From Balanoglossus misakiensis (Eukaryota > Animalia > Hemichordata), in contig CM082579.2 of assembly GCA_040954595.2 (NCBI GenBank), positions 14,261,834 to 14,325,833 on the forward strand: a stretch of DNA of 64,000 nt, in the 5' to 3' direction. Below the pieces are notes generated by a model, which was given only the letters and a program-made list of their open reading frames with translations, searched no databases and had not been told where the DNA came from. This document shows positions 61,801 to 64,000 of this stretch, piece by piece. The translations under genes and the position numbers were made by a program. Numbering within the stretch: position 1 is the stretch's first letter; every line of letters starts with the position of its first letter.

Positions 61801-64000
61801 AAATCTCAAAATTTCGTCGATTTTTGAAAAAAAATCATGGGTGAAAATCATCAAAAAATGACAAATTTTCGTCTTTGCAAAATCTCAAAATTTCGTCCAT
61901 TTTTGAAAAAAATCACTGGTGAAAATCATCAAAAAATGACAAATTTTCGACTTTGCAAAATCTCAACATTTCGTCAATTTTTGAAAAAAATCATGGGGGA
62001 AAATCATGAAAAAATGACAAATTTTCCTCTTTGCAAAATCTCAAAATTTCGTCGATTTTTGAAAAAAAATCATTGGTGAAAATCATCAAAAAATGACAAA
62101 TTTTCCTCTTTGCAAAATCTCAAAATTTCGTCGATTTTTGAAAAAAAATCATGGTTAAAAATCATCAAAAAATGACAAAATTTTCGACTTTGTAAAATCA
62201 CAAAATTTCGTCGATTTTGAAAAAAATCATAGGTTCGTCGATTTTTAAAAAAAAAACATGGGTGAAAATCATCAAAAAATGACAAATTTTGAAAAAAAAA
62301 ACGGGTGAAAATCATCAAAAAATTACACATTTTCCTCTGCAAAATCTCAAAATTTCGTCGTTTTTTGAAAAAAAATCATTGGTGAAAATCATCAAAAAAT
62401 GACAAATTTTCGTCTTTGCAAAATCTCAAAATTTCGTCCATTTTTGAAAAAAAATCATGGGTAAAAATCATCAAAAATGACAAATTTTCGTCTTTGCAAA
62501 ATCTCAAATTTTCGTCGATTTTTGAAAAAAATCATGGGGGAAAATCATGAAAAAATGACAAATTTTCCTATTTGCAAAATCTCAAAATTTCGTCGATTTT
62601 TGAAAAAAATCATGGGTGAAAATCATGAAAAAATGACAAATTTTCCTCTTTGCAAAATCTCAAAATTTCGTCGTTTTTTGAAAAAAAATCATGGGTGAAA
62701 ATCATCAAAAAATGACAAATTTTCGTCTTTGCAAAATCTCAAAATTTCGTCCATTTTAGAAAAAAAATCATGGGTAAAAATCATCGAAAATGACAAATTT
62801 TCGTCTTTGCAAAATCTCAAATTTTCGTCGATTTTTGAAAAAAATCATGGGGGAAAATCATGAAAAAATGACAAATTTTGAAAAAAAAAATGGTGAAAAT
62901 CATCAAAAAATGACACATTTACGACTTTGCAAAATCTCAAAATTTCGTCAATTTTTGAAAAAAAATCATGGGTGAAAATCATCAAAAAATGACAAATTTT
63001 CGTCTTTGCAAAATCTCTAAATTTCGTCCATTTCTGAAAAAAAATTATGGGTAAAAATCATCAAAAATGACAAATTTTCATCTTTGCAAAATCTCAAATT
63101 TTCGTCGATTTTTGAAAAAAAAACATGGTTGAAAATCATCAAAAAATGACAAAATTTTCGACTTTGCAAAATCTCAAAATTTGGTCGATTTTTGAAAAAA
63201 ATCATGGGGGAAAATCATGAAAAAATGACAAATTCTCCTCTTTGCAAAATCTCAAAATTTCGTCGATTTTTGAAAAAAAATCATGGGTGAAAATCATCAA
63301 AAAATGACAAATTTTCGTCTTTGCAAAATCTCAAAATTTCGTCCATTTTTGAAAAAAATCACTGGTGAAAATCATCAAATAATGACAAATTTTCTACTTT
63401 GCAAAATCTCAACATTTCGTCAATTTTTGAAAAAAATCATGGGGGAAAATCATGAAAAAATGACAAATTTTCCTCTTTGCAAAATCTCAAAATTTCGTCG
63501 ATTTTTGAAAAAAAATCATTGGAGAAAATCATCAAAAAATGACAAATTTTCCTCTTTGCAAAATCTCAAAATTTCGTCGATTTTTGAAAAAAAAATCATG
63601 GTTAAAAATCATCAAAAAATGACAAAATTTTCGACTTTGTAAAATCACAAAATTTCGTCGATTTTTGAAAAAAATCATGGGGGAAAATCATGAAAAAATG
63701 ACAAATTTTCCTCTTTGCAAAATCTCAAAATTTCGTCGATTTTTGAAAAAAAATCATGGGTGAAAATCATCAAAAATGACAAATTTTCGTCTTTGCAAAA
63801 TCTCAAATTTTCGTCGATTTTTGAAAAAAAATCATGGTTGAAAATCATCAAAAAATGACAAAATTTTCGACTTTGTAAAATCACAAAATTTCGTCGATTT
63901 TGAAAAAAATCATAGGTTCGTCGATTTTTTAAAAAAAAAACATGGGTGAAAATCATCAAAAAATGACAAATTTTGAAAAAAACGGGTGAAAATCATCAAA
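31167..64000. repeat. Main ~78-80-bp satellite array (forward from ~32740, runs off the window) with higher-order repeats
   Basis: Consensus ATCATGGGTGAAAATCATCAAAAAATGACAAATTTTCG(A/T)CTTTGCAAAATCTCAAAATTTCGTC(G/C)ATTTTTGAAAAAAA. The 26-aa periodicity of the ORF translations reflects the 78-bp unit. Confidence 0.98.

Noticed and set aside
23067-63959. Dozens of 60-156-aa ORFs (MGENHQKMTNFRLCKISKFRRFLKK..., MIFTHDFFSKIDEILRFCK...)
   Set aside because: They are translations of the 78-bp (26-codon) satellite on both strands and break at homopolymer-length changes. There is no evidence of coding function.
23034-64000. CRISPR-like regular repeats
   Set aside because: There are no unique spacers and no cas genes, and the context is eukaryotic. 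This is tandem satellite DNA.

Overview
AT-rich animal DNA, probably a marine invertebrate (inferred from the repeat types). No host gene is convincing. The window has three zones. (1) About 1-23 kb is nested transposable elements. A decayed Gmr1-type Ty3/Gypsy LTR retrotransposon (5' LTR 5446-6738, tRNA-Pro PBS, gag-PR-INT-RT order, truncated in RT) is interrupted by an apparently intact 5,499-bp DNA transposon (8849-14347). The DNA transposon has CACT..AGTG ends and a 3-bp ACA target-site duplication (TSD); removing it restores the pol reading frame. It carries a spliced ~894-aa DDE transposase with motifs collinear with the RAG1/Transib/Chapaev core, plus a convergent 216-aa orphan gene. 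Its termini are bipartite (CACT-R-C, non-matching spacer, then TGGGCAGTATT 26 nt in from each end). This two-gene element is the most interesting item. Several MITEs, a tRNA-derived SINE and a ~1.95-kb dispersed duplicate surround it. (2) About 21.4-34.8 kb holds two near-identical tandem duplications (periods 3,290 and 4,843 bp) of the boundary between unique DNA and satellite. Each contains a fold-back hairpin where the satellite switches strand. (3) About 31-64 kb is a ~78-80-bp A-tract satellite with higher-order repeats; all ORFs there are repeat artefacts. All family assignments come from reading motifs by eye; no database search was run.
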